Positions 13,373 through 25,048 of a stretch of 64,000 bases of DNA are shown one piece after another; position 1 is the first letter of the stretch, and the number at the start of each line of letters is the position of its first letter. The position numbers were made by a program, and so were the translations under genes. The DNA comes from Squalus acanthias (Eukaryota). The notes below the pieces were generated by a model. The model did not search any database. It had not been told where the DNA came from and saw nothing but the letters and a program-made list of their open reading frames with translations. The stretch lies in NCBI GenBank assembly GCA_030390025.1, contig CM059432.1, forward strand, positions 152,026,001 through 152,090,000. Reading direction: 5' to 3'.

Positions 13373-14284
13373 ACCAGAGCTTGTGGAGTGTTTGACCATT
13401 CATGCTTGTACATAAATGAAAACTCCAATCACGTGAACCAGATATTCATCGGCTCTTCTTTTGAATGACCAGTGTAGCATTTACTCTTATTTTAGAACCT
13501 GCTCCCTACTGTTGTGTGTGTGTGTGGAGGGGGTGGGGTACATTCCTCCAGTCCCAGTTGAGGTCTGTTAATTTTACCCCTTAGATCCTCAGAGTCCAAG
13601 TCTAATAGCTTCCATCCACATTCTGTACAGCTCTCAGCATTTTAAACATCTGGACCATGAACCCTCCCTTAAATCATCATTGCTCCACAGAAAACTGGTT
13701 CATCTCTGCAAATCAGTCCGCATACCTTCGAAATCTGCCCATTGTACCCTAACAATAGTTTAAAAATAAATATTGATGTATACGTTACAGGGGCAATTTT
13801 CTGACTTTGGGTTTCTGTTTCTGTTTGGGAAGCCTCACCCATGGCAGCGTACACTTTGCACAAGTTCGAGGTTGGAAAATCATGCTCTGCATGTGCCCAA
13901 ATTTCCGACGTCCAGGCAAGACTCCCTACTGGCAGTACGGAGTCGGAAAGTTACCTCTTATATAGAAACATTAACATCTCCAACCACAGGCTGGGCACCC
14001 TTTACTCAAAAACAATCGTCAAAACAAAAGTGGGGGGAACTTTTTAAACAACTTCAGCAGCAGACAGCAGATGGAAGCAAGCCCCTCTGTCAGCTTCAAC
14101 TGTGAAAACACTGGTACAAGCCAGCACTTCCATAAAGCCACTCCGTGGTAGGGTGCAGCGCTGCTCACTGGCTGGAGAGAGGCAGTACATACCAGTCGGT
14201 CTGGAGTGGATTCCTGGAATGTGTCTAAATGGATTGAACTGTCCATGTCTGTCAAGGTTTGAGAGGTGGTACTACTGATATCAG

Positions 14285-16078
14285 TCACATATGGTAGCAT
14301 AGTTACTGTTACTGGACTAGTAATCCAGAGGCCTGGACTAATGATTTGGAGACATGAGTTCAAATCCCACCATGGAAGCGGGGGAATTTAAATTCAGTTA
14401 ACTAAATAATCTGGAATACAGTTAGAAGCTAGAATCAGTAATGGTGACCATGTAACTATTGTTTTGTCATAAAAACCCATCTGATTCACTAATGTCCTTT
14501 AGGGAAGGAAATCTGCCATCCTTACCCGGTCTGGCCTATATGTGACTCCAGACCCACAGCAATGTGGTTGACTCTTAACTGCCCTCTGAAATGGCCAAGC
14601 AAGCCACTCAGTTGTAACAAACTGCTACGACAAAGTATAATAAGAATAAAACGGGATGGACCACCTAGCATGAACCTAGGCATCAGATTCCAACATCACA
14701 AAGGTACACCCAGACCAGTCGACCTTGCAAAGTCCCCCTGACTAACATCTGGGGACTTGTGCCAAAATTGGGAGAGCTGCCCCACAGGTTAGTCAAGCAA
14801 CTGCCTGGCATAGTCATAGTCGCAGCATCATATCTTTTAGCCAACATCCCAGACTCCTCCATCACCATCCCAGGATATGTCCCATCCCACCGGCAGGACA
14901 GACCCACCAGAGATGGCGACACAGTGGCATACAGCCTGGAGGCAGTGGCCCTGTAAGCAATGTTTCCTTTTCAGGGGTCTCACGCAGCCAGTCAGCCGGC
15001 TTTTAAATTGAAGAAACCGCACATGCGCTGACTTTGGATGAGCCCCGCAGCACATTAAAGGGGCTGCATGACCCAAAAAAAGTCCTCAACACTGACTCCG
15101 GATCCCATGAAGTCTCACAGCACCAGGTCAAACATGGGCAAGGAAACCTCCTGCTGTTTACCACCTACCGCCCTCCCTCAGCTAATGAATCAGTACTCCT
15201 CCATGTTGAACACCATTTGGAAGAAGCACTGAGAGTAGCAAAGGAATAGAATGTACTCTGGGTGGAGGTCTTCAATGTCCATCACCAAGAGTGGTTTGGT
15301 AGCACCACTACTGACCAAGCTGGCTGAGTCCTGAAGGACATAGCTGCCAGCCTGGGCGTGCGGCAGGTGGTGAGAGAGCCAACACGAGGGAAAAACCTAC
15401 TTGACCTCGTCCTCCCCAATCTACCTGTCGCAGAAGCATCTGTATTGACCACTGCACAGTCCTTGTGGAGAAGAAGTCTCGTCTTCACATTCAGGACATC
15501 CTCCATCGTGTTGTGTGGTACTACCATTGTGCTAAATGGGATAGATTCAGAACAGATCTCGCACCTCAATACTGGGCATCCATGAGGCGCCGTGGGCCAT
15601 CAGCAGCAGCAGCAGAATTGTATTCCATCACAATCTGTAACCTCATGGCCTGGCATAACCCTCACTATACCATTACCATCAAGCCAGGGGACCAACCCTG
15701 GTTCAATGAGGAATGTAAAAGAGCATGCCAGGAGCAGCACCAGACGTAACTAAAAATGGGGTGCCAACCTCGTGAAGCTACAACACAGGACTACATACAT
15801 GCTAAAAAGCGGAAGCAGCATGCTATAGACAGAGCTAAGCGATCCCACAACAGATCAGATCAAAGCTCTGCAGTCCTGCCACATCCAGTCGTGAATGGTG
15901 GTGGACAATTAAACAACTAACAGGAGGAGGAGGAGGCGGCTCCATGAATATCCCCATCCTCAATAATGGCGGAGCCCAGAAAGTGAGTGCAAAAGACAAG
16001 GCTGAAGCGTTTACAACCATCTTCAGCCAGAAGTGCCGAGTGGATGATCCATCTCGGCCTCCTCCTGAGGTCCCCACC
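14285..16078 (+). mobile_element. LINE 5' part with tRNA-like head and AP-endonuclease ORF (degenerate)
   Basis: B box gagttcaaatccc at 14356-14368; ORF remnants NIWGLVPKLGEL, IPGYVPSHRQDR, TTYRPPSA, EPTRGKNLLDLVL, QPWFNEEC. Confidence 0.75.
14958..15081. mobile_element. hAT-type MITE fragment within the LINE
   Basis: caatgtttcc terminus; internal sequence is the reverse complement of the 24722-24865 family. Confidence 0.55.
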
Positions 16079-16560
16079 AACGTTCCCGCTAAGCAGAGGA
16101 AAAAAAGGCTGGAAAACGTGGACTGGAAGGTAAATCAGTATCAGAGCAGTGGGAAACATTCAAGGAGAAGATAGAGGGTTCAAAGCAAAAATGTTCACAC
16201 AAAGAAAAAGGGTGGGACTCCCAAATCTAGAGCCCCCTGGATGTCAAGGGGTATACAGGGTTGGATAAGGCATAAACAGGAAGCTTATGTCAGATACCAA
16301 GAGCTAAATACTGCAGAAAACCTAAAGGAGTATAGAAAGTGCAGGGGTCAAATTAAAAAGGAAATTCGGAAAGCAAAGAGAGGGCATGAAAAAATATTGG
16401 CAAGTAAAATCAAGGAAAACCCAAACATAAAGAGTAAGAGGATAACTAAAGAAAGTGTAGGGCCTATTACAGACCAAAAAGACCTGTGTGTTGAGGCAGA
16501 AGACGTAGATATGGATACTTTGCATCTGTCTTCACAAAAGAGAGGAACAATGCAGACATT

Positions 16561-17248
16561 GAGCCTGAATTTGCGATCGGAAGCTTCCCGCAGGCGAATG
16601 CCTCCGATCAATTTTCTATGCATCTCCCTGGTGGTCCGGGAGATACGGAGGCTTGTGATCCTGGGCCTCTCCTGATAGAAATGCATAGAGACCCACATAT
16701 CCCAGGGGCGCATGCAGTTCATAAGCGCCCCTGGGATCATGTGGGCCAGCTCAACCAATGAAAAAAGGGAATCCCCATTCATACGTACGGAACTGTCATA
16801 AGTATGAATGGGGATGACTTAAAAAAATACATCAACACATGAAATAAAAATTTTTTTTAACTACACAAAATTAATTAAAATGGCATTTAATTAAATATTT
16901 TATACAAAAATTACAATACCTTATTGGACAGGGTTTTTAATGTATAAGTGAGTGATCACATTTTATTTTTCTATTTTTTAAAACTCTTATGCTGGTAAAA
17001 GCAGGCCTTATACCTGCTTTGACCAGGCATAAGAATTTCACGGCCTTTCAGTGGGCGGAAGTTGGGCAAATAGCGCAACTCTCCACCCGCAGAGGCCCTT
17101 TTCCCAGGGATGCAGAGGATCTGTCAAGAGTATTCTTGACAGATCGTAAGTGCCGGGTTTCAGTGCATGCGCTTCGCATACCTAAACCCGGCACTTGCGC
17201 GGCCCCTACGGGCTCATACGCACCCGTAGGGGTTGCAAAATACGGCCC
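16561..17248. mobile_element. Non-autonomous Harbinger-like MITE
   Basis: Imperfect TIRs GAGCCTGAATTTGC / GGGCCGTATTTTGC; flanks att/ata; host CR1 rejoins on removal; related to 34155-34615 and 63374-64000. Confidence 0.75.
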
Positions 17249-17926
17249 ATAGTAGTTAAGGAGGAGGAGGGTGAAATATTAGATGAGATAAACATAGTGA
17301 GAGAGGAAGTATTAAGGGGTTTAGCATCATTAAAAGTAGATAAATTGCCAGACCTGGATAAAATGTATCCCAGGCTGTTAAGAAGCAAGAGAGGAAATAG
17401 CGGAAGCTCTGACCATCATTTTTCAATCCTCTCTGGCTACAGGTGAGGTGCCGGAGGACTGTAGGACTGCTAACATTGTACCATTGTTTAAAAAGGGAGA
17501 AATGGCTAGACCGAGTAATTACAGGCCAGTTAGTCTAAACTCAGTGGTGGGCAAATTATTGGAAAAAATTCTGAGGAACATACTAATCGTCAGTTAGAAA
17601 GGCACGGATTAATCAAGGACAGTCAGCATGAATTTGTTAAGGGAAGGTCGTGTCTGACTAACTTGATTTACTTTTTTGAGGAGGTAACATGGAGGGTCGA
17701 TGAGGGTACGCATTTGTTGTAGTCTACATGGACTTTAGCAAGGCTTTTGACAAGGTCCCACATGGCAGACTGGTCAGAAAAGTAAAAGCCCATAGGATCC
17801 AAGGGAAAGTGGCAGGTTGGATCCAAAATTGGCTCAGTGGCAGGAATCAAAGGGTACTGGTCGACGGGTGTTTTTGTGACTGGAAGGCTGTTTCCAGTGG
17901 GGTTCCGCAAGGCTCAGTACTAGGTC

Positions 17927-17977
17927 CAATGTTCCCTGTAAGCCACGTGGCACCATGCAAAATTAGCAGGAACATTA
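17927..17977. mobile_element. About 50-bp hAT-type mini-MITE
   Basis: caatgttccctg...gcaggaacatta, with aggtc repeated on both sides, inside the CR1 SVLGP codons. Confidence 0.6.
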
Positions 17978-18475
17978 AGGTCCCTTGCTTTTTGTGGTAT
18001 ACATCAATGATTTAGACTTCAATGTAGGGGGCATGTTTAAGAAGTTTGCAGATGATACATAAATTGGCCGTGTGGTTGATAGTGAGGAAGAAAGCTGTAG
18101 ACTGCAGGAAGATATCAATGGACTGGTCAGGTGGGCAGAAAAGTAGCAAATGGAATTTAATCCGGAGAAGCGTGAGGTAATGCATTTGGGGAGGGCTAAC
18201 AAGGCAAGGGAATACACAATAATTGGTAGGATACTGAGAAGTATAGAGGAACAGAGGGACCTTGGAGTGCATGTCCATAGATCCCTGAAGGTAGCCGGAC
18301 AGGTAGATAAGGTGGTTAAGAAGGCATACGGATACTTCCCTTTATTAACCAAGGCATAGAATGCAAGAGCAGGGAGGTTATGCTTGAACTGTATAAATCA
18401 TTAGTTAGGCCACAGCTAGAGTATTGCGTACAGTTCTGGTCACCACATTGCAGGAAAGATGTGATTGCACTAGAG

Positions 18476-19139
18476 AAAGAAGAAAGACTTGCATTTATAT
18501 AGCGCCTTTCACGACCACTGGACGCCCCAAAGCGCTTTTTGTTTTGGTTTCCATATTTAAGAAAAGATATACTTGCTCTAGAGGCAGTTCAGAGAAGGTT
18601 CACTCGGTTGATTCCGGAGATGAGGGGGTTGACTTATGAGGAAAGGTTGAGTAGGTTGGGCCTCTACTCATTGGAATACAGAAGAATGAGAAGCGATCTT
18701 ATCGAAACATATAAGATTGTGAGAGGGCTTGATCGGGTGGATGCGGGGAGGATGTTTCCACTGATGGGTGAGACTAGAACTAGGGGGCATAATCTTAGAA
18801 TAAGGGGCTGCCGTTTCAAAACTGAGATGAGGAGAAACTTCTTCACTCAGAGGGTAGTAAATCTATGGAATTTGCTACCTCAGAGAGCTGTGGAAGCTGC
18901 GACATTAAATAAATTTAAAACGGTGATAGACAGTTTCCTAGCTGATAAGGGAATTAAGGGTTATGGGGAGCGGGCAGGGAAGTGGACGTGAGTCTAGGTT
19001 CGGATCAGCCATGATCCTATTGAATGGCGGAGCAGGCCCGAAGGGTCGTATGGCCGACTCCTGCTCCTACTTCTTATGTTCTTATGTTTAGAGCCAATGA
19101 AGTACTTTTTGAAGTGTAGTCACTGTTGTAATGTAGAGA
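18476..19139 (-). mobile_element. SINE 3' fragment (same family as 36928-37355), split by a younger CR1
   Basis: agaaagacttgcatttatatagcgcctttcac ... agccaatgaagtacttt...tgtaatgtag; tagag repeated at both flanks. Confidence 0.7.
18539..19087 (+). mobile_element. Young 5'-truncated CR1
   Basis: Open 150-aa ORF2 C-terminus and (ttcttatg)2 tail; close to the copy at 6721-7391. Confidence 0.92.
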
Positions 19140-20262
19140 GGGTACAGAGGAGATTTACGAGGATGTTGCCAGGACTGAGGAATTTTAGCAGTGAAAAAAG
19201 ACTGGATAGGCTGGGGTTGTTTTTTTGGAACAGAGGAGGCTGAGGGGAGATTTAATTGAGGTGTATAAAATTATGAGCAGCCGAGATAGAGTGGATAGGA
19301 AGAACCTATTTCCCTTAGCAGAGAGGTCAATAACCAGGGGGTGTGGATTTAAAGTAATTGGTAGCCCACATTCCATAAATGAATAAAAAAACTTGCTGCT
19401 GGTACTGTGAAGAGCATCTCTGAAACACATCGGCAGATTTTCTGGGACATTTTGTCAAGACTTCACCAACACTCGAGCAACATTTATTCCACAAATTCTC
19501 TGAGGATGTCACCTAAAAAGAGTAAGCGCTGTGCTACTCCACCTTATTGGACAATATACTGGAATCATCAGGAGAAAGGGAGTGCTTGGTAATGGGCATC
19601 TTGCTAGGGAATCCCCTTTTTCTGGATGAGGAATGAGAGGAGGATGTGAGGCCAGGCAAAGCAGCACCAGCTGCTGCAGGAGAGAGGGACATGAGGGCAA
19701 ATCGTGACGTTAATGAGTGCGCAATGCTGATTGGACGCACAATCTGCCACTTTGGTCATCGCTGCATCATTTAACGCCCTCTCCTAATCACGACCAGCTG
19801 ACCAGCGTTCAGCAGCAGGAAGGAGCCCCCAGCAGCGCTATTTAAAGGGATCATCAACAACTTGCAGCTGACTTGCTTTTTCTTTTCTACTAGCTCTGTG
19901 TGATTTGTGCAACTGTTTAGAGATTTCTAGAGTTGTTTAAAGTTGCTGCAATTGGAGAACGCCTTGCTTCTCATTTAAAGGGTTCTGTTCACACCACTTG
20001 CTCCCAGTCATGGGGGCTATACTTGCAGTCCCCCTCGCGCTCAAGTATGACAGGGAGATGGAGCGGAGGCAGCGATGAAGAGGACAAGATGCTTGCAGAG
20101 GGAGGAGGAGGAAGGGCAGGAGGGCTCTCAGCATGAGGCCTAATCCAGCTAGGGAGTTCCGAGAGCACTTCTCCAACCTGCACCTAAGCCAGCAGTAGTG
20201 TATTAGGAGGCTCTGTTTCACCAAGGAGGTGGTAACAGAACTCTGCCACCTCCTGCAACCAG

Positions 20263-21685
20263 ACCTGGAACCTCAGAAGCAGGCTACAACAGCTCTCCCA
20301 GTGGCCCTCCAGGTCACCGTGGCCATCAATTTTTTCGCCACCGGATCCTTCCAGTCTGGAGCAGGAGACATAGCTAACATCCCCCAGTACGCCGTCCGGG
20401 AGGTCACAGAGGCTATAGCTGATGACTCCCCTCCACAACCCCACCACCCGTGGCCAGCAATCATATAATGACAGTCATGCTGCTACGAGGAACCTCATCG
20501 AGCAGACCATCGGGGTGCTAAAGCAATGGTTCCACTGCCTTGACCGCTCGGGAGGAGCCTTCCAGTACTCACTGGAGCAGGTGTCTCAATTCATGATGAT
20601 CTGCTGCAACCTCCACAAGTTGGCCATCATGGGGGCACACCCCCTGCCACCACGGATTCTGAGACCACCTCAGGAGGAGGAGGAAGAGGAGGGGGAGGAA
20701 GGCAGCAGATTCCCGTTCCGGACAGGCTGTCCGTGAGCGCCTCATCAGGCTCCGGTTCCAATGGATGAAACCCCAGATCCCCGTTGCTCACCACGTCCCC
20801 ATCTTACCATCCCTCTGTCATGGAACATCACAGCGTCCCCCTGGGCACGAAGCTGAAATGAGAGCCACCACAAAACGAACATTCCAAACATAATTTATAA
20901 ATTTATCAAATCAAAATCAAAATAACAAAGTCAACTAATCACCCTAGTGCATTCCCTAAGTGTCGGTCTTTCGTGTTGCTTTTCCTACTCCAGTGCTCCT
21001 ACGAAGTGCTCCCCCAGTGGCTGCAGCATGGCTGGTGGAAGACTGCTGACTTTCACTGTCCTCCTCCATCACTTCGGGGACTGGCTGGCCTGGTTGGAGT
21101 TCTTGGGTGCCCAGGGGGACGCTGTGATGTTCCATGACAGAGGGATGGTAAGATGGGGACGTGGTGAGCAACGGGGATCTGGGGTTTCATCCATTGGAAC
21201 CGGAGCCTGATGAGGCGCTCACGGACAGCCTGTCTGGAACGGGAATCTGCTGCCTTCCTCCCCCTCCTCTTCCTCCTCCTCCTGAGGTGGTCTCAGAATC
21301 CGTGGTGGCAGGGGGTGTGCCCCCATGATGGCCAACTTGTGGAGGTTGCAGCAGATCATCATGAATTGAGACACCTGCTCCAGTGAGTACTGGAAGGCTC
21401 CTCCCGAGCGGTCAAGGCAGTGGAACCATTGCTTTAGCACCCCGATGGTCTGCTCGATGAGGTTCCTCGTAGCAGCATGACTGTCATTATATGATTGCTG
21501 GCCACGGGTGGTGGGGTTGTGGAGGGGAGTCATCAGCTATAGCCTCTGTGACCTCCCGTACTGGGGGATGTTAGCTGTGTCTCCTGCTCCAGACTGGAAG
21601 GATCCGGTGGCGAAAAAATTGATGGCCACGGTGACCTGGAGGGCCACTGGGAGAGCTGTTGTAGCCTGCTTCTGAGGCTCCAGGT
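20263..21685. repeat. Long inverted repeat: arms 20263-20848 and 21107-21685, 258-bp spacer
   Basis: The same 104-aa ORF appears on both strands (20422-20736 +, 21219-21533 -); arms differ by a few substitutions and one 7-bp indel. Confidence 0.95.
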
Positions 21686-21981
21686 TTGAGAAATGAGAAA
21701 GGCACAAGGGTCGGGTTGTGGTGAGGGGAGTGGGGGGAAAAACAAGATATCCATGCATACACCATCAGCAGCTTGTAAGTGAGAAGAGATTGTGGGATGA
21801 GGGGGATGTGAGAAGAAGGATTAGGTATGAGCATATCGTCATCATCAGCAATGCTTTCAACTTCCCGCTCGCCACGGACTGTGACTGCCCCTCCAGTGAT
21901 CTCCAGCACTGCATCCTCCAGCTTCATCAAGTTCTGCAGGCAGGCTTCCCCTCCGCCTGTCTGCTGCTCCTCCCAGCAGTA

Positions 21982-22329
21982 ATCATAGAATGGTTACAGC
22001 ACAGAAGGAGGCCATTCGGCCCATTGAGCCCGTGCCGGCTCTCTGCAAGAGCACTTCAGCTACTCCCACTCCCCCACCTTTTCCCCGTAGCCCTGCAAAA
22101 TTTTTTTCCTTCAGGTATTTATCCAATTCCCTTTTGAAAGCCACGATTGAATCTGCCTCTACCACCCTTTCAGGCAGTGCATTCCAGATCATAACCACTC
22201 GCTGAGTAAGAAGTTTTTCCTCATGTCTCCTTTGGTTATTTTCCCAATCACCTTAAATCTGTGTCCTCTGGTTCTCGACCCTTCCACCAATGGGAACAGT
22301 TTCTCTCTATCTACTCTGTCTAGACCCCT
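21982..22329 (-). mobile_element. CR1 3' fragment inserted in Myb exon 2 of Harbinger C
   Basis: GLDRVDREKLFPLVEGSRTRGH, WNALPERVVEA, CR1 3' UTR. Confidence 0.85.
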
Positions 22330-23574
22330 TATGAGCAATCTTTGCTTGCAAGAGAAAAGGAAGTGCGTCAGTGAGTGTAGTGAAATGTGTGGGGATGTGC
22401 CTGTCATGGTAGAATAGCTGGCAGTGTGTGCAAGGTGTGAGATGTGAGTGAGAGTCTTGCAGCAGTGGTAAGTGTGTGAGGGAGAAGTGAAGCTATGATA
22501 AGGTATGAGTGGCGATAGCTAGAGATTGTTGGTAGGTGACTGATGGGGGTGTGGTGCATTGAGCAGTGTGTGAAGCTTGTGGTGCAGATGGTGGGATATG
22601 GCATTTGATGATGTATTCATTCACCTTGACCACTCGTGTGAGGTCATTAAACTTTTTGCACCACTGGATCCAGGTCCTGGGGGCAACACTCGTCACAGTG
22701 ACAGCTTCAGCCATCTCCTCCCACAGTCTTCTGATGTTCTGCCTTGAAGGTCTCTTGCCCCCCTGCGGGTAGAGTATCTGATGGTGTCTTTAAACCCCCA
22801 GGACCAAGGCCTCCAGTGTCACAGCTGAAAATCTCCTCGCCCTTTCCCTTGGCTGCTGGGCCATGGCTCTCTCCACAATGACGATGAGGTGCTTCTGCAA
22901 CAAAGCAGCTCCACTTTAAGTAGTGCAGAGAGCCTCAGCCAAACATTACTGGCCTGTAGATTGCACCCGATATTGGCCCCCACCCCCGTTCAGCGCTAAG
23001 CCAATCAGCAGCGCGTTTAGCGCTGAGATCAGTGCTGCAATCATTATAATGAGCGGGCAGCACGAATTTTGCGTGCTAACTGCACCACTTTGAATAGGTG
23101 CGGGTACACAGTGCTTTGCGCTGCACGCACCCGTTTTTGGGCCTTATCCAAGTTCTAGGCCCCAGACTTTCAAACAGTCATGTCTTATTAGCACAGCACC
23201 CATTTAGCGTCTGTTTTCACCCTTCGGCCAAAATAACCCCTCACTTTTTTACAAATAATTTCAAAAGACGTTGCTGTGGTGCCAAAAGGAGCAGGTGTGC
23301 TTCCCCCCACTTCACAGTACTCGCAATCGACCCTACCACCACCGCTCCACCCGCTCTCCCTAGATTTACCGTCGGGCTAACATTCACCTTCATAAAATGG
23401 GTGAGCCATCTGTGGAAGTGCAAAAGCCAGTTTGCCCAAATAATGTTAATAAGGTCCGAGGCCCAATTTCAGACCGGCCTTGAGCCTCCCGGTTGAGGTC
23501 CGTGACGTCCATTTCAGGCCTGAAAACAGGCCTAAAGGAATTTACACTCCACTTGCTTTACTTTTTGCTGTCCC

Positions 23575-23930
23575 TGTTTGGGGAGGGCATGTTGTTCATG
23601 TTTTTCCTTGTGAATATTTGAAGGAAGTCATCATTCAGAATATTAACTATCTTGTGCTCATCTTCAGTTTTGGATCTGTTTGCATCTTTTATGGTTTCAC
23701 TTCTCCTCTGACTGCCCTCTTACTGTTGTGGTACTGAAATCATTTTTTACTGTTATGTTTAGCCTCTACCACTGTTTTTTTTCCCCTCTGATCCACCTTT
23801 TAACTCTTTTCTGCATTTTCTTGTATTGCTGCCAGTGAACCCCTTCCCCTTTCTCCCTTCTTGCAGGATTGCTGGAGGTTTTTGTTCCTCTTTATATCCG
23901 TTTTAATTTGATTGTTACTCCATTTTGGAT
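23575..23930 (-). mobile_element. Ancient CR1 ORF2 linker remnant
   Basis: Minus-strand translation ...EDEHKIVNILNDDFLQIFTRKN resembles the CR1 AEVLNEYFASVFT segment. Confidence 0.45.
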
Positions 23931-24721
23931 CACATTTGTTTAGTCTGAGCTTTTCATTTCAATTCAAGGGGTGCAGGGAACTGTCATCTGCCTGCAATTT
24001 GGAAATCAGCCCATTTCTTTTTGGAAGAAATATTTACAGTTGAACCAATCCAAACATGCTGTGCATAACATGTACCTCACAAAAATACACCCAGCCAGGT
24101 GTATCTGTTGTTAGATACACAGTGCAGTCCAAAACACTTCACATTAAAAGTGACTAACCAAAGGGCAGCTACCTTAAAGCGCAGAGTGATAGGCCCCGAC
24201 TTTCCACAGTCCTGACTTAATTCGAACGGACGTGCAGTGCAAACTGCTCTTTTTTTATATATATATATTTTATATATGACCTGGACTTGGGTATAATGGC
24301 CATCATTTCAAAGTTTGCAGATGACAAAAACTCAGAAATGTAGAAAACAGCGAGGAGAATAGTAGCAGAGTTCAGGAGGACATAGACGGACTGGTGAAAT
24401 GGGCAGACACATTGTAGATGAAATTTAATGCAGAGAAGTGTGAAGTGGTACATTGTGGAAGGAAGAATGAGGAGAGGCAGTATAAACTAAATGGTACAAT
24501 TTTAAAGGGGATACTGGAACAGAGAGACCTGGGGATTCACATACACAAATCTTTGAAGATGGCAGGACAAATTTAGAAGGTTGTTAAAAAGGCATAGGGG
24601 ATCCATGGCTTTATAAATAGAGGCATAGGCAGCAAGATTTGGCTCCTTAAACAGGCACAGCTGAATTAACACGTTCAGCAGCAGGAAGACCCCCACCCCT
24701 GCTATTTAAAGGGATCATCAA

Positions 24722-24865
24722 GAATGTTCCCTCTAATTTTTGGGGGGGCCTTGCAGCCCCTTTAACAGGCTACGTGGCCCATTCAAAATTTTGCACATAT
24801 GCGTTTTTTCCATTTAAAAGCCAGTGAGCTGGCTATGCAGGACCTCCAGCTGAAAGGGTACATTG
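24722..24865. mobile_element. hAT-type MITE
   Basis: gaatgttccctct...aaagggtacattg; 8-bp TSD atcatcaa/atcattaa. Confidence 0.8.
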
Positions 24866-25048
24866 ATCATTAACTACTTTCAGATTAGTTGCTGATTGAT
24901 TTCTACTGGGTGTTACTGCGATTGTAGAAATATTTGGTGTTTTCTAGACTTCTTTAAAGTTGCTAAAGTCTACAGGGAGTGGTGTGGGACATACTGAAGG
25001 GCTTTGTCCTTACTTCAAGGATGCTGCACAAACCACTTGCTCCCAGAC

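Larger units (their letters stand above)
16095..19362 (+). mobile_element. CR1 LINE ORF2 carrying several nested insertions
   Basis: YRPVSL, MDFSKAFDKVPHGRL, GVPQGSVLGP, KFADDT; interrupted at 16561-17248, 17927-17977 and 18476-19139. Confidence 0.9.
19690..23163. mobile_element. PIF/Harbinger copy C, rearranged (deleted transposase core plus inverted duplication)
   Basis: Nuclease 5' and 3' parts on + (about 20010-20765); Myb exon 1 RTWIQWCKKFNDLTRVVK on - near 22625-22865; right terminus ccaagttctaggcccc; left TIR not found. Confidence 0.85.

Noticed and set aside
11570..13770. Possible minus-strand terminal exon near 11900-11990 with AATAAA, and a 23-nt micro-exon near 13737-13759
   Set aside because: Weak signals; no coherent reading frame or homolog.
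14285..14370. tRNA gene
   Set aside because: Only A/B-box similarity; no cloverleaf or terminator; continues into retroelement sequence.
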